Shown: piece by piece, positions 1 to 8,313 of the stretch
Position numbering within the stretch: position 1 is the first letter of the stretch
Layout of the letters: each line of letters begins with the position of its first letter
Source: Hyphomicrobiales bacterium
Lineage (GTDB): Bacteria > Pseudomonadota > Alphaproteobacteria > Rhizobiales > Rhodomicrobiaceae
DNA length: 32,000 nucleotides
Direction of reading: 5' to 3'
NCBI GenBank assembly: GCA_033764775.1
Contig: JANRIQ010000030.1
Coordinates: forward strand, 109,701-141,700
Made by a program: the position numbers and the translations under genes
Notes under the pieces: model-generated
The model's input: only the letters and a program-made list of their open reading frames with translations
Databases searched by the model: none
Told to the model about the DNA's origin: nothing

Positions 1-1
1 C

Positions 2-1486
2 TTCGAGCTGGCGGTCGAGGATTTCGCCCTGCCCGCGCCGTCCTCCCGCGATGCGCTGCGCTTCGGCCCGGGCGGCGCCGGCCAATCCCGTTGCGACATC
101 CTCATCGACGTCTCAGGCGGCCCGGCGCTGTTCGCCGCGCCCGATCTGCGTCAGGGCTATCTGCGCGCCGACCCCGGCGACCGCGCCGCCGTGGAGCGCG
201 TGGCGTTCGACGCGTCCCAGCTCGTGGGCGAGTTCGAGAAGCCGCGCTTCATCAAGTTCAGCGAAAGCCTGTGCGCGCATTCGCGTTCGCGCAAGACCGG
301 CTGCACGCGGTGCCTGGAGCTGTGCCCGGCGGGGGCGATCACGCCTGCGGGCAATACGGTCGCGATCAGCGCGGAGCTGTGCATGGGCTGCGGCGCCTGC
401 GCTTCGGTGTGCCCGACCGGCGCGGCCGCCTACGATCACCCACCGGCGAACGTGCTGTTGACGCGGCTTCGCGCCCTGCTTCTCGCCTATTGTGAGGCGG
501 GGGGCGGCGAGGCGGCGCTTCTCGCGCACGGGGAGGAGCACGGCGGCGCGATCATCGACGCTCTCGCCCGCCATGGCGACGGCCTGCCAGCCCGCGTCAT
601 CCCATTCGCTTTGAACGAGATAACCCAGCTAGGCCTTGAGTTTTTCGCCGCCGCCTTCGCGTATGGCGCGGCGTCCGTCACGCTGCTGGCCCCCGCCAAA
701 CCGAAGCACGACATGTCCGGCCTCGCGCGCAACATCGGATACGCCAACACGGCGCTCGCCGCGCTCGGCTATGGCGCGGAGCTGTGCCGCCTGATCGAGA
801 CCGACGACCCAGACGCCCTCAACGACGCGCTCGCCGCCCGGCCACGCGCCAACGCCTCGCCGGCAAGGGCGCGGTTCGCCCCTCTCGGGAGCGGCCGCAA
901 CCTGCTCAAAACCGCGATGCTGGAGCTGCGCGCCGCCGCGCCGCAGAAAATCTCGCGCGTGGCAATGCCTGAACGCGCACCCTTCGGCGCCGTGGTCGTC
1001 AACACCGACGGCTGCACCCTTTGCCACGCCTGCGTCACCGCCTGCCCGACCGGCGCGCTCGCCGACAATCCGGACAAGCCGATGCTGCGCTTTTCCGAGG
1101 ATTTGTGCGTGCAGTGCGGCCTCTGCCAATCCACATGCCCCGAGCGCGTCATCCGCCTCGAGCCGCGCATCGACTTCGACGCCTGGGCGGCGCCTGCCGT
1201 GGTGCTGAAGGAGGAGGAGCCCTTCCCCTGCATTTCCTGCGGCAAGCCGTTTGGCTCGAAAAGCGCGATCGAGCGCATCGCGGGGAAGCTCGAAGGGAAA
1301 CATTGGATGTTCTCGGGCGGCAACGAGAAGCGCATCGCCGTCATCAAGATGTGCGACACATGCCGCGTCGAGGCGGTGATGAACGAGAGTTTTGACCCGC
1401 ACGGCGCGCCGGCCCGCCCGGCCCCGCGCACCACCGACGATTACCTGCGCGAGCGCGAGCGCGGCGGCGGCGATCCGCTCGGCTAG
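2..1486 (+). CDS. 4Fe-4S polyferredoxin-like iron-sulfur protein (5' end outside window)
   Basis: The frame of the listed 191..1486 ORF stays open back to nt 2, so the gene enters from the left edge. It has four CxxCxxCxxxCP motifs (CTRCLELCP, CMGCGACASVCP, CTLCHACVTACP, CVQCGLCQSTCP) plus C-terminal CxxC pairs. Confidence 0.8.
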   Translation, partial: FELAVEDFALPAPSSRDALRFGPGGAGQSRCDILIDVSGGPALFAAPDLRQGYLRADPGDRAAVERVAFDASQLVGEFEKPRFIKFSESLCAHSRSRKTGCTRCLELCPAGAITPAGNTVAISAELCMGCGACASVCPTGAAAYDHPPANVLLTRLRALLLAYCEAGGGEAALLAHGEEHGGAIIDALARHGDGLPARVIPFALNEITQLGLEFFAAAFAYGAASVTLLAPAKPKHDMSGLARNIGYANTALAALGYGAELCRLIETDDPDALNDALAARPRANASPARARFAPLGSGRNLLKTAMLELRAAAPQKISRVAMPERAPFGAVVVNTDGCTLCHACVTACPTGALADNPDKPMLRFSEDLCVQCGLCQSTCPERVIRLEPRIDFDAWAAPAVVLKEEEPFPCISCGKPFGSKSAIERIAGKLEGKHWMFSGGNEKRIAVIKMCDTCRVEAVMNESFDPHGAPARPAPRTTDDYLRERERGGGDPLG

Positions 1487-1496
1487 ACAGCGCTGT

Positions 1497-2771
1497 TCAG
1501 CGGGTCGCCTTTTCGAGAAAAGCGATGAGCGCGGCGAGGTCGTCCGGCTTCACGATCTGCTCCGGCATTTTGGTGCCCGGCGTGTAGACGCTCGGGCCTT
1601 GCCGGAAAAGTTCGGCGATGGTCTCCGAGCTCCACACGATGTCCAGCCTCTTCAAGGCCTCCGAGTATTTGTATCCGCGCGCGGTCGCGATGCGGCGGCC
1701 GAACACGCCGTGCAGCGTCGGCCCGGCCCGGGCGCCGTCGTCGGGCGTCAGGGTGTGACAGGCGGCGCAGGCGCGGAAGACCTCGGCGCCGCGTTCGCCT
1801 TTGTAGGGCGCGAGAGGATCGGCGTCGGCCGCCGCGATGACGGGCGAGGACGGCGCTCCCGTCACGGCGTCCCAGCGGCGGATGACACGATCCGCGCCGC
1901 CCGAGAGCACCGACGCGCCGTCCGGAGTGAACGCGAGCGACCACACCGGCAGGCCTGGGCCGGTCAACCGCGCTGTGATGGTTTTCGTCCGCGCGTCGAT
2001 GACGGCCGCGGCGCCGCGCACGCCCCCTGCCGCAAGGCGCCAGCCGTCCGCCGACTGGGCGAACGCGATGAGCGTCGTCGACCCGAGCGAGACAGACCCA
2101 GCGGGCGCCAGATCAGCGGTGAAGAAACGCACCGCGCCGTCCGCCCCGGACACCGCGATCTCGCCGTTCGGCGCGACCCTCACGGCGTTCGGGGGCGCAT
2201 CCAGCACGACTACACGCGCCTGGCCGCCGGACGCATCCCACACCTTCAGCGTGCGATCCTGACCGCCCGCGCTGACCACTGCGCCGCTCGGGGCGAAGGC
2301 GACGCTGGTGGCCGGGCCTTGATGGGCCTCAATCACCGCCGGCTCGCCGCCGTCGAGCGGCCAAACCCGCACGGCGCCGTCCCACCCGGCCGAGGCGAAC
2401 GACCGCTTGTCCGGCGCGAGCGCCAGCCCAGCCACGGCGTTTTGGTGGCCCGTGAACACGCGCTCCGGCTCGCCGCGCCCCACGCTCCACAGGGCGACGA
2501 CGCCGTCGTCGCCGCCTGTGAGAAAACGCTCGTCGGTGATGAAGATCGCCGCTTTGACCGGGCCGTTGTGAAAGCGTAGGACGCTCTCCGCGGCGCCCCC
2601 CGGCAGCGTCCACACTATCGCCGCGTTATCGAACCCGCCGGACAGCGTGCGCTCGCCGCCCGGCGAAACATCAAGCGCATGCACCGGGCCGCCATGGCCC
2701 CGCAGCTCGAGCGCCTGACCCGGCGCCGACAACAAGGCCAAGGCCGCGAAGGCGGTCAAAGCACGCCGCAA
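1497..2771 (-). CDS. periplasmic WD40-repeat / c-type cytochrome fusion protein
   Basis: ORF 1497..2978 has repeated WD40-like blocks and a C-terminal class I cytochrome c domain (CAACH haem motif, distal GTKMP). The first ~69 codons are Arg-rich and non-protein-like. TTG at 2771 gives a clean signal peptide (M)RRALTAFAALALLSAPGQA. The start is uncertain (2771-2978). Confidence 0.8.
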   Translation of the reverse strand: MRRALTAFAALALLSAPGQALELRGHGGPVHALDVSPGGERTLSGGFDNAAIVWTLPGGAAESVLRFHNGPVKAAIFITDERFLTGGDDGVVALWSVGRGEPERVFTGHQNAVAGLALAPDKRSFASAGWDGAVRVWPLDGGEPAVIEAHQGPATSVAFAPSGAVVSAGGQDRTLKVWDASGGQARVVVLDAPPNAVRVAPNGEIAVSGADGAVRFFTADLAPAGSVSLGSTTLIAFAQSADGWRLAAGGVRGAAAVIDARTKTITARLTGPGLPVWSLAFTPDGASVLSGGADRVIRRWDAVTGAPSSPVIAAADADPLAPYKGERGAEVFRACAACHTLTPDDGARAGPTLHGVFGRRIATARGYKYSEALKRLDIVWSSETIAELFRQGPSVYTPGTKMPEQIVKPDDLAALIAFLEKATR

Positions 2772-3065
2772 CGCCAGCCGCGTCAGTTGGGCACGCGCGC
2801 GCCTGTGGTGGCGAAGGCGGCGTCCGTCGTTTTCTGCACGTAGGCTTCGAGCGCGACGGCCATGCCCACGGCGAGCGCCCCGGCGACGACTATGGAGAGC
2901 AAAAACGGTTTCATTGCGCGATCTCCCATTGGCGAATGTGCTTGCATAAGTCTTACCAAGCCGAGGCCGAGATGTCATCCTTCACGGCGCCTGCGCGCCC
3001 GCTTGATCGCTCTTGCGGGGCGCGGCGTGCGCCACTATGGTGCGGGGATGCGCCAAGCGCGGTCA

Positions 3066-3157
3066 GGAGTGGTGGCTGAGAGGCCGAAGGCACTCGTTTG
3101 CTAAATGAGCGGGCTCAGAAATGGGTCCCGGGGGTTCGAATCCCCCCCACTCCGCCA
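3066..3157 (+). tRNA. tRNA-Ser (anticodon GCU)
   Basis: Hand-folded cloverleaf. Acceptor GGAGTGG/CCACTCC. D arm GCT-GAGAGGCCGAA-GGC. Anticodon stem CTCGT/ATGAG with loop TTGCTAA (anticodon GCT at 3100-3102). 20-nt long variable arm. T arm GGGGG-TTCGAAT-CCCCC. Discriminator G and encoded CCA. Confidence 0.9.
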
Positions 3158-4774
3158 CTTCGGTATAAAACCGGGAACGCCGATTCCCGCCGTTTTCCCT
3201 CCCTTAGTAGCTACCAGCGTCCTCAACAGGACGCTTTTGCTGCCTTTGAGATAGATCGCGTCATCCGCGACCTCGACGTGCTGGGCGAAGGCCCGGACGT
3301 GTTCCCGCCGATAGCCGCCCTTTCCGAGCCGGAGCCGGGTGCGGGCTTCGCTCGCCAGTTCCCGCACGGCCGCGCCTGTGAGGCCCTGATGAGCCGCGCT
3401 TTTCAGCATGGCCTCGGTCCTTTCGGCGTCGGCCCGCGCCTGATCCCGAAGCGCCGTGAGGCCCGCGATGCGCTCGCCAAGGGCGGACTCGGCTGGGTCG
3501 AGCGAACCGGCTTCAATGGCGTCATAGAGACGCTTTAGGCGCATGTCGGCCTCGGCCGCTCGCTGGTTCAATTCTGCGATGTGCTGGCTGCGCCGCTCGA
3601 CGCTCTCCTGCCGGCGGTCCAGCAGCGAGGCGAGCACGTCTTCGATCCGCTCGGGGTCCAGTAGCCTTTCCTCGATATGGCTGACCACGATGCGGTCGAG
3701 CTTGTCCATGGGGATCGCACGGCCCTTGCAGCCGGTGTCACCCTGCCGCGCCCGGATCGAGCAGGCATAATAGCGATAGCGGCCGTTCTTGCCGGTGCGC
3801 AGCGTCATCGCGCCTCCGCAATTGCCGCAATGGCAAATGCCGGTCAGCAGGTTCGGGCCGCTGACGACGCGCGGCGGCGTCACCTTCGGATTGTTCACCT
3901 GCAAGCGCCTCTGCACGGCCTCGAATATCTCAAGGTCGATCAGCGGCGGCACGGGGACGGTGACGATTTCTTCCTCGGGCTTCACCTCGCCCTTTTTGGA
4001 GCGGCGATTGAAACGATGCTCACCGATATAGGTGCGGCGGGTCAGGATGCGGTGAAGCTGGCCGATGCCCCAACGTCCGCCGCTGCGGGTGAACATGCGG
4101 TTCCTGTTCAAGTAGCTGACGATGTTCTTGACGCCCATGGGGCCGGACGTGCCGTCGCCTTCCGTTGCAAGGCGGAAGATCAGCCGCACGGTGTCGGCGT
4201 GCAGCGGGTCGATTTCCAGCTTCTTCTTCATCTTCGCGCCGCGCTGCTCGGCATCGACGACACGGTAGCCGATGGGCGGCAGGGAGCCGTTCCAGAAGCC
4301 TTGCCGCGCGTTTTCCTTCAACGCCCGAATGACGTGCTTGCCGTTCTCCTTGGACTGGTATTCGTCGAACAGCGCCATGATCTGCCGCATCATGACGTGC
4401 ATGGGATCGTCGCCCATTTCCTGCGTGATGGAGACCAGCTTGACGCCGTTTTTGGCGAGCTTCCTGACGTTGAACTCCAGCTCGAAGTGATCGCGGAAAA
4501 AGCGGCTGAACGAATGGACCACAACCACATCGAAGGGCGCGGGCTTGGACGTGCCTGCCTCGATCATGCGTTGAAACTCGGGGCGGCGGTCATTGGTGGC
4601 GGACGCGCCGGCTTCCACGAAGGTTTCGACAAGCTGGTAGCCGCGCGACTGGCAATAGGCTTCGCCCTGCTTGCGCTGGTCGGGGATCGACACGTCATGC
4701 TCGGCCTGCCGCGTCGTGGAGACGCGCAGGTAGAGCGCGGCGCGCAAGGCGACATGAGGACTTTGCATATTCAC
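3101..4774 (-). CDS. large serine recombinase (ICE integrase candidate)
   Basis: It has an N-terminal resolvase catalytic domain (ALYLRVSTTRQ, VVVHSFSRFFRD), a recombinase domain, a Cys-rich zinc ribbon (CHCGNCGG...YYACSIRARQGDTGCKG) and a long coiled-coil tail. GTG 4774 lies 6 nt after AGGAGG (alternative ATG 4768). The TAG stop at 3103-3101 sits in the tRNA-Ser anticodon loop. Confidence 0.9.
   Translation of the reverse strand: MNMQSPHVALRAALYLRVSTTRQAEHDVSIPDQRKQGEAYCQSRGYQLVETFVEAGASATNDRRPEFQRMIEAGTSKPAPFDVVVVHSFSRFFRDHFELEFNVRKLAKNGVKLVSITQEMGDDPMHVMMRQIMALFDEYQSKENGKHVIRALKENARQGFWNGSLPPIGYRVVDAEQRGAKMKKKLEIDPLHADTVRLIFRLATEGDGTSGPMGVKNIVSYLNRNRMFTRSGGRWGIGQLHRILTRRTYIGEHRFNRRSKKGEVKPEEEIVTVPVPPLIDLEIFEAVQRRLQVNNPKVTPPRVVSGPNLLTGICHCGNCGGAMTLRTGKNGRYRYYACSIRARQGDTGCKGRAIPMDKLDRIVVSHIEERLLDPERIEDVLASLLDRRQESVERRSQHIAELNQRAAEADMRLKRLYDAIEAGSLDPAESALGERIAGLTALRDQARADAERTEAMLKSAAHQGLTGAAVRELASEARTRLRLGKGGYRREHVRAFAQHVEVADDAIYLKGSKSVLLRTLVATKGGKTAGIGVPGFIPKWRSGGDSNPRDPFLSPLI
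3172..3196 (+). terminator. weak terminator-like hairpin just 3' of tRNA-Ser
   Basis: CGGGAA-CGCCGA-TTCCCG (6-bp stem) is followed by CCGTTTT. It lies inside the 3' end of the recombinase ORF on the other strand. Confidence 0.3.
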
Positions 4775-5160
4775 GACCGGCCTCCTTTCGCCGTGCGGCG
4801 TTCTATCAGCGGCAATTCCAGCTCCACGCGGTCATGCAGCACTTTGGGAACGACCTTCTGGCCCTCGCCGGGGTCCATGCGGATCAGGCCGTAGCTCGCC
4901 ATCTTTTTGAGGGTTCGGGACAGGCTGGGCTTTGCCCGCCCCGTGATCCGCGACAGTTCCTCCAGCGAACCGGGCGACTGCTCGTCGATGACGCGCAGCA
5001 GCTCGCGGTTCCCGCTCGAAAGGAGCTGCGCGAAGGATTCCATGGATGTGAACCACACCTTCGGATCGTCGGCCGCCGGCTTTTCCTCGCCGCGCGCGAT
5101 CCGCATGGTGCGGGCCTTCATCTCGTCATAGCCGGCAATCCCGACTTTCAATGTGGTCAT
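4771..5160 (-). CDS. winged-HTH DNA-binding protein (antitoxin-like / MarR-like)
   Basis: 129 aa. The stretch WFTSMESFAQLLSSGNRELLRVI...LEELSRITGRAKPSLSRTLKKMASYGLI reads as a wHTH. ATGA-type overlaps occur with both neighbours. Confidence 0.6.
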   Translation of the reverse strand: MTTLKVGIAGYDEMKARTMRIARGEEKPAADDPKVWFTSMESFAQLLSSGNRELLRVIDEQSPGSLEELSRITGRAKPSLSRTLKKMASYGLIRMDPGEGQKVVPKVLHDRVELELPLIERRTAKGGRS

Positions 5161-5510
5161 GTTACGCCTCGCTCCTTCAACACCGCATCCACCGCCTGCC
5201 AGAAGTCGGCCAGCAGCGTGGCCGCATCCTCGTAGGCGTAGGGCTTCACGGTCTGGAAGCGATGCCGATGGTCCATCGGCTCGCCCCTCCTGCCTCGGCC
5301 GACCGGATGGGCGTTATCGAAGCCGACCAGCCGTTCGCCCGAAGGCCCGTGAAGCGTGAGCGAGTAATCGAGGCCGTGCGGCTTCTCCGGCGATGCCGGA
5401 ACGCGGGTGACAATGAACTTCACCCAATGGCCGCCCTCGGGATCGACAACGAGCACCTGTCCGTCGAGGTCCAGAAGCGTGTCGAGGCTCGGGTCACGAT
5501 CCTCGCTCAT
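5157..5510 (-). CDS. small protein resembling DUF6516/TumE-like toxin family (tentative)
   Basis: 117 aa, with protein-like composition (HWVKFIVTRV...YSLTLHGPSGERLVGFDNAH). The family call is from recollection only. ATGA overlaps occur on both sides. Confidence 0.45.
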   Translation of the reverse strand: MSEDRDPSLDTLLDLDGQVLVVDPEGGHWVKFIVTRVPASPEKPHGLDYSLTLHGPSGERLVGFDNAHPVGRGRRGEPMDHRHRFQTVKPYAYEDAATLLADFWQAVDAVLKERGVT

Positions 5511-5827
5511 GACTTACTGTTACCATGCGGTGTTAACGGTGGCAAGTCCTGAGCGTCAGGATCGTCGATTGGGCCGAACAGCCGGTCGAGCACGTCGCCG
5601 AAATACCGCTCGAAGATTTGCAGTTCTTCCTCAGTGATCGGCACCTTCTCGGGCCAGTCGTCGAAGACAGGCAACGACTCCACATCGACGATGCGAAGCG
5701 GCGAACTGCGGCGCTCCCGGCCGTCCGGCGTGGGTTCGTCGGCATAGTCGAAAAGATCGTCGGGAAGTGTCTCGGGGACCGGCTGTCGCGGTCGCCCTTT
5801 GCGGGCACGGCGGCGCTCTGCGCACAT
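5507..5827 (-). CDS. hypothetical acidic protein, first gene of the recombinase operon
   Basis: 106 aa. AAGGAGG lies 5 nt upstream of ATG 5827. The protein is acidic (DDWPEKVPITEEELQIFERYFGDVLDRLFG) with no domain recognised. Confidence 0.6.
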   Translation of the reverse strand: MCAERRRARKGRPRQPVPETLPDDLFDYADEPTPDGRERRSSPLRIVDVESLPVFDDWPEKVPITEEELQIFERYFGDVLDRLFGPIDDPDAQDLPPLTPHGNSKS

Positions 5828-5880
5828 GGAATCCTCCTTGGTTCGGTGTGGATTCCGGGGCGCTCAAGGCCCCGGAATTA

Positions 5881-5950
5881 GGCGAACCATGGAGGGCAGT
5901 CGGCGGCGTGTAGCGTGCCGCATTTGCGCCTATGCGCTGGCGGCACCCCT
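5881..5950 (-). promoter_or_regulatory. copy A of conserved nested-hairpin leader/operator element
   Basis: Copy A is about 90% identical by hand alignment to 25748-25817, and the 40-nt block 5910-5949 is identical to 25777-25816. It contains GTGCCGC-ATTT-GCGC-CTAT-GCGC-TG-GCGGCAC. It is followed toward the gene by hairpin 5852-5878, then SD and ATG. Confidence 0.5.
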
Positions 5951-5963
5951 GCCGGGATGGGAC

Positions 5964-6185
5964 TTAGCTTGCGGCGCGTCGTGCCTTGGCGAAACCGCGA
6001 TCCGTAGCGATAAACCGCTCCAGCATGGGCACGATCAGCCTGACGGGATCGGCGGCGGGCTGGCCGCTCTCGCGGGCCAGCACCTCGGCATAGGCGACCA
6101 GATCGCGGTGAAGCGGTGCGGGCAGTTCTACCGTCACCTTGACGGGCTTGTCGTCGGGCAACGGGCCGAGTTTGAGCTTGGTCAT
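5964..6185 (-). CDS. DUF2274-like small protein downstream of trbI
   Basis: The internal ATG at 6185, 2 nt after the trbI stop, gives 73 aa (MTKLKLGPLPDDKPVKVTVELPAPLHRDLVAYAE...), typical of the small gene following trbI. The longer 156-aa ORF overlaps trbI and is Arg-rich. Confidence 0.75.
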   Translation of the reverse strand: MTKLKLGPLPDDKPVKVTVELPAPLHRDLVAYAEVLARESGQPAADPVRLIVPMLERFIATDRGFAKARRAAS

Positions 6186-6187
6186 GG

Positions 6188-7324
6188 TCAACCTCCTGCC
6201 GGCTCGAACACAAGGTCGCGGGTGACGATGATCCTGACCGGGAAGCCGGGCCGGATGGTGAGCGTCGGCGCGACCTGCAACTGGCGCTGAACGATCTGCT
6301 GGCCGGCCTGATTGACGGTATCCTGCGCACCGTCGCGGATGGCCCGGATAAGCCGGTCCTCGTCGCTGGTCGCCAGCTCCGTCCCGACCGCGAGCAGCGT
6401 GGACAGCCCGGCCGCCTTCATCAGATCCCACCAATGATAATCGACGCCATCCTCAAGGCCGGCGTAGCCGCTGGCGTCCGCGCCCGGCAGGCGCTCCAGA
6501 ACGATGGAACGACCGCCCGGCAGGATCAGGCGATTCCACACCAGCAACACGCGGCGCTGGCCGAAGGTCACACCATTATCGTATTGGCCGATGATGCGCG
6601 TTCCCTGCGGGATCAGGAGCAGCGAGCCGGTTGGGCTGTCATAGACGTTCTCCGTCACTTGCGCTGTGATCTGGCCGGGCAAGTCGGAACGGATGCCGGT
6701 GATGAGCGCGGCCGGGATCACGGCCCCGGCCTGAAGGATGTAGGGTGAAGCCGGCGGCGCGACACGATCCGGCGCGACGGTCTGCCGGTCCACCGGCCCG
6801 TTGAGAAACGCTGTATGCCGGTCCTGCGTCGCAGGCTGTCCGCCGAGGCCGAGACCGGCAAGGCCGGGCATGGCCGACCCTGCCGGCGCTCCCGTGCGCG
6901 GGCCGGACTGGAAGAAGACGTTGCTCAGGCGCGCGGCTTCTTCCTCGGCGCGGCGGCGTTCCTCTGCGGGATCGACGGCGGGCGTCGCCATGACGGGCGG
7001 CGCGACGGGCTGTCCCCTGTTCTGCGCATCAAGGATCGGGCGGCCGAGATCGCCGGGCAACGCGGGGCCGAGCACCGGGCCGGTATAGTCGCGCGGGAGG
7101 CCGGACAATCCGTCCGCCGTGGGCCGGTTCTCGGTCGAATAGAGTTCTTCGGCTCCCGGCCCTGCATCGCGGGTCTGGAGCGCGTAGATTAGTGCGCCCC
7201 CTATGCCGAGAAGCGCGGCAGCGCCAACGCCTGCCAGCATCTTGCGGGACAGGCGGGTGACGCGGGGCGGCTCGGCGCGCAGCCGCATGGGCGCAGTGGT
7301 ATCGGTGATTGTATTGTCTGTCAT
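6188..7324 (-). CDS. trbI: conjugal transfer protein TrbI (VirB10-like)
   Basis: 378 aa with an N-terminal TM segment, a Pro-rich linker and a C-terminal VirB10-type beta-barrel region (...LLIPQGTRIIGQYDNGVTFGQRRVLLVWNRLILPGG...). Confidence 0.9.
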   Translation of the reverse strand: MTDNTITDTTAPMRLRAEPPRVTRLSRKMLAGVGAAALLGIGGALIYALQTRDAGPGAEELYSTENRPTADGLSGLPRDYTGPVLGPALPGDLGRPILDAQNRGQPVAPPVMATPAVDPAEERRRAEEEAARLSNVFFQSGPRTGAPAGSAMPGLAGLGLGGQPATQDRHTAFLNGPVDRQTVAPDRVAPPASPYILQAGAVIPAALITGIRSDLPGQITAQVTENVYDSPTGSLLLIPQGTRIIGQYDNGVTFGQRRVLLVWNRLILPGGRSIVLERLPGADASGYAGLEDGVDYHWWDLMKAAGLSTLLAVGTELATSDEDRLIRAIRDGAQDTVNQAGQQIVQRQLQVAPTLTIRPGFPVRIIVTRDLVFEPAGG

Positions 7325-8313
7325 GACGGGGATTCTCCGGTCGCGCTGGCGGGCTGCGCGGCGGCAGCCTGCGTCGGATTGATGCGGACGATCCTGACGA
7401 CCTGCTGGCGGTTGCCGCTGCCAAGGCGCAGCTCGGCCGCGCCGAACAGGCGGTCCACGATAAGGACGTTCTGGTGGACTCGGCTGTTGACGATCTGCGG
7501 TTCGCCATTCGTGCCGAGCACGAAAATCGGCGGCATTTCGCCCTGCACGATCCCGGCCGGGAAGACGACATAGACGCGCCGGCCGTCATCGAAGACGGAA
7601 ACCGGCCGCCACGGCGGGCTGTCGCCTGTCAGGCCGTAGCGATAGTTCCGCGCGGCCTCGGCCGGGATAATCGGGGCTGCCGGGACTGTCTGGCGCTGGC
7701 CGGGCGTCGCGGGATAGGCCCATGCCACGGCCGGCATGTAGAGCGATTCCCGCGCGCGCAGCTCGATCATGTAGGTGCGCCGGTCGGTGGTGACGACAAG
7801 GTTGGTGGAAATGTCCGGGCGCGTGGGCTTCACGAGGATATGGACGCGGCGGTTTGCACCGCTGCCGCTCTCGGTGTCACCGATGATCCAGCGGGCGGTG
7901 TCGCCGGCCGCGATCGGCCCCGCGCCGGTCAGGCTTTCGCCCGGCTCCAGCGCAATGGTGGTGATCTGCCCGACTGCGGCATAGACCTGATAGAGCGCGC
8001 CTTCACTCCATGGGAAAACCTGTATGGCATTGTAATAGCCTTCACGGCGCGGCTCGACGCGGGCGGCTGCATTGGCGTTTTCGACGCGGCCGGTCGGTGT
8101 GCTCGCTACGGTGCCGCCCCGCGCCACGGTCCATGCCGGCGGGACATGCAGCGGCCGGGGCGTGTCGTTGGTGACGGTCGCCTGCACGATGGGCAGTGGC
8201 GGCACCTCGGCGTCGTAGCTCCATTGCTGGGTGCGATTGGTTGCGCAGCCCGCAAGCATGGTGGCCGAAAGCAGCATGGCGGCAACGGCCGGGGTGCGGG
8301 TGATCGTCCTCAT
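7321..8313 (-). CDS. trbG: conjugal transfer protein TrbG (VirB9-like)
   Basis: ATG 8313 overlaps the trbF stop (ATGA). It gives the lipoprotein-type signal MRTITRTPAVAAMLLSATMLAGC. The upstream extension to 8475 is Arg-rich and overlaps trbF. Confidence 0.9.
   Translation of the reverse strand: MRTITRTPAVAAMLLSATMLAGCATNRTQQWSYDAEVPPLPIVQATVTNDTPRPLHVPPAWTVARGGTVASTPTGRVENANAAARVEPRREGYYNAIQVFPWSEGALYQVYAAVGQITTIALEPGESLTGAGPIAAGDTARWIIGDTESGSGANRRVHILVKPTRPDISTNLVVTTDRRTYMIELRARESLYMPAVAWAYPATPGQRQTVPAAPIIPAEAARNYRYGLTGDSPPWRPVSVFDDGRRVYVVFPAGIVQGEMPPIFVLGTNGEPQIVNSRVHQNVLIVDRLFGAAELRLGSGNRQQVVRIVRINPTQAAAAQPASATGESPS

Noticed and set aside
3012-3040. Possible tRNA-Ser promoter (CTTGCG-N17-CTATGG).
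   Set aside because: It has only a partial match to alphaproteobacterial -35/-10 consensus in GC-rich DNA, which is too weak to list as a feature without transcript data.
5964-6434. Full 156-aa version of the ORF after trbI.
   Set aside because: The first 83 codons overlap trbI and are Arg/Gly/Pro-rich. The internal ATG at 6185 gives the conserved DUF2274-type 73-aa protein.
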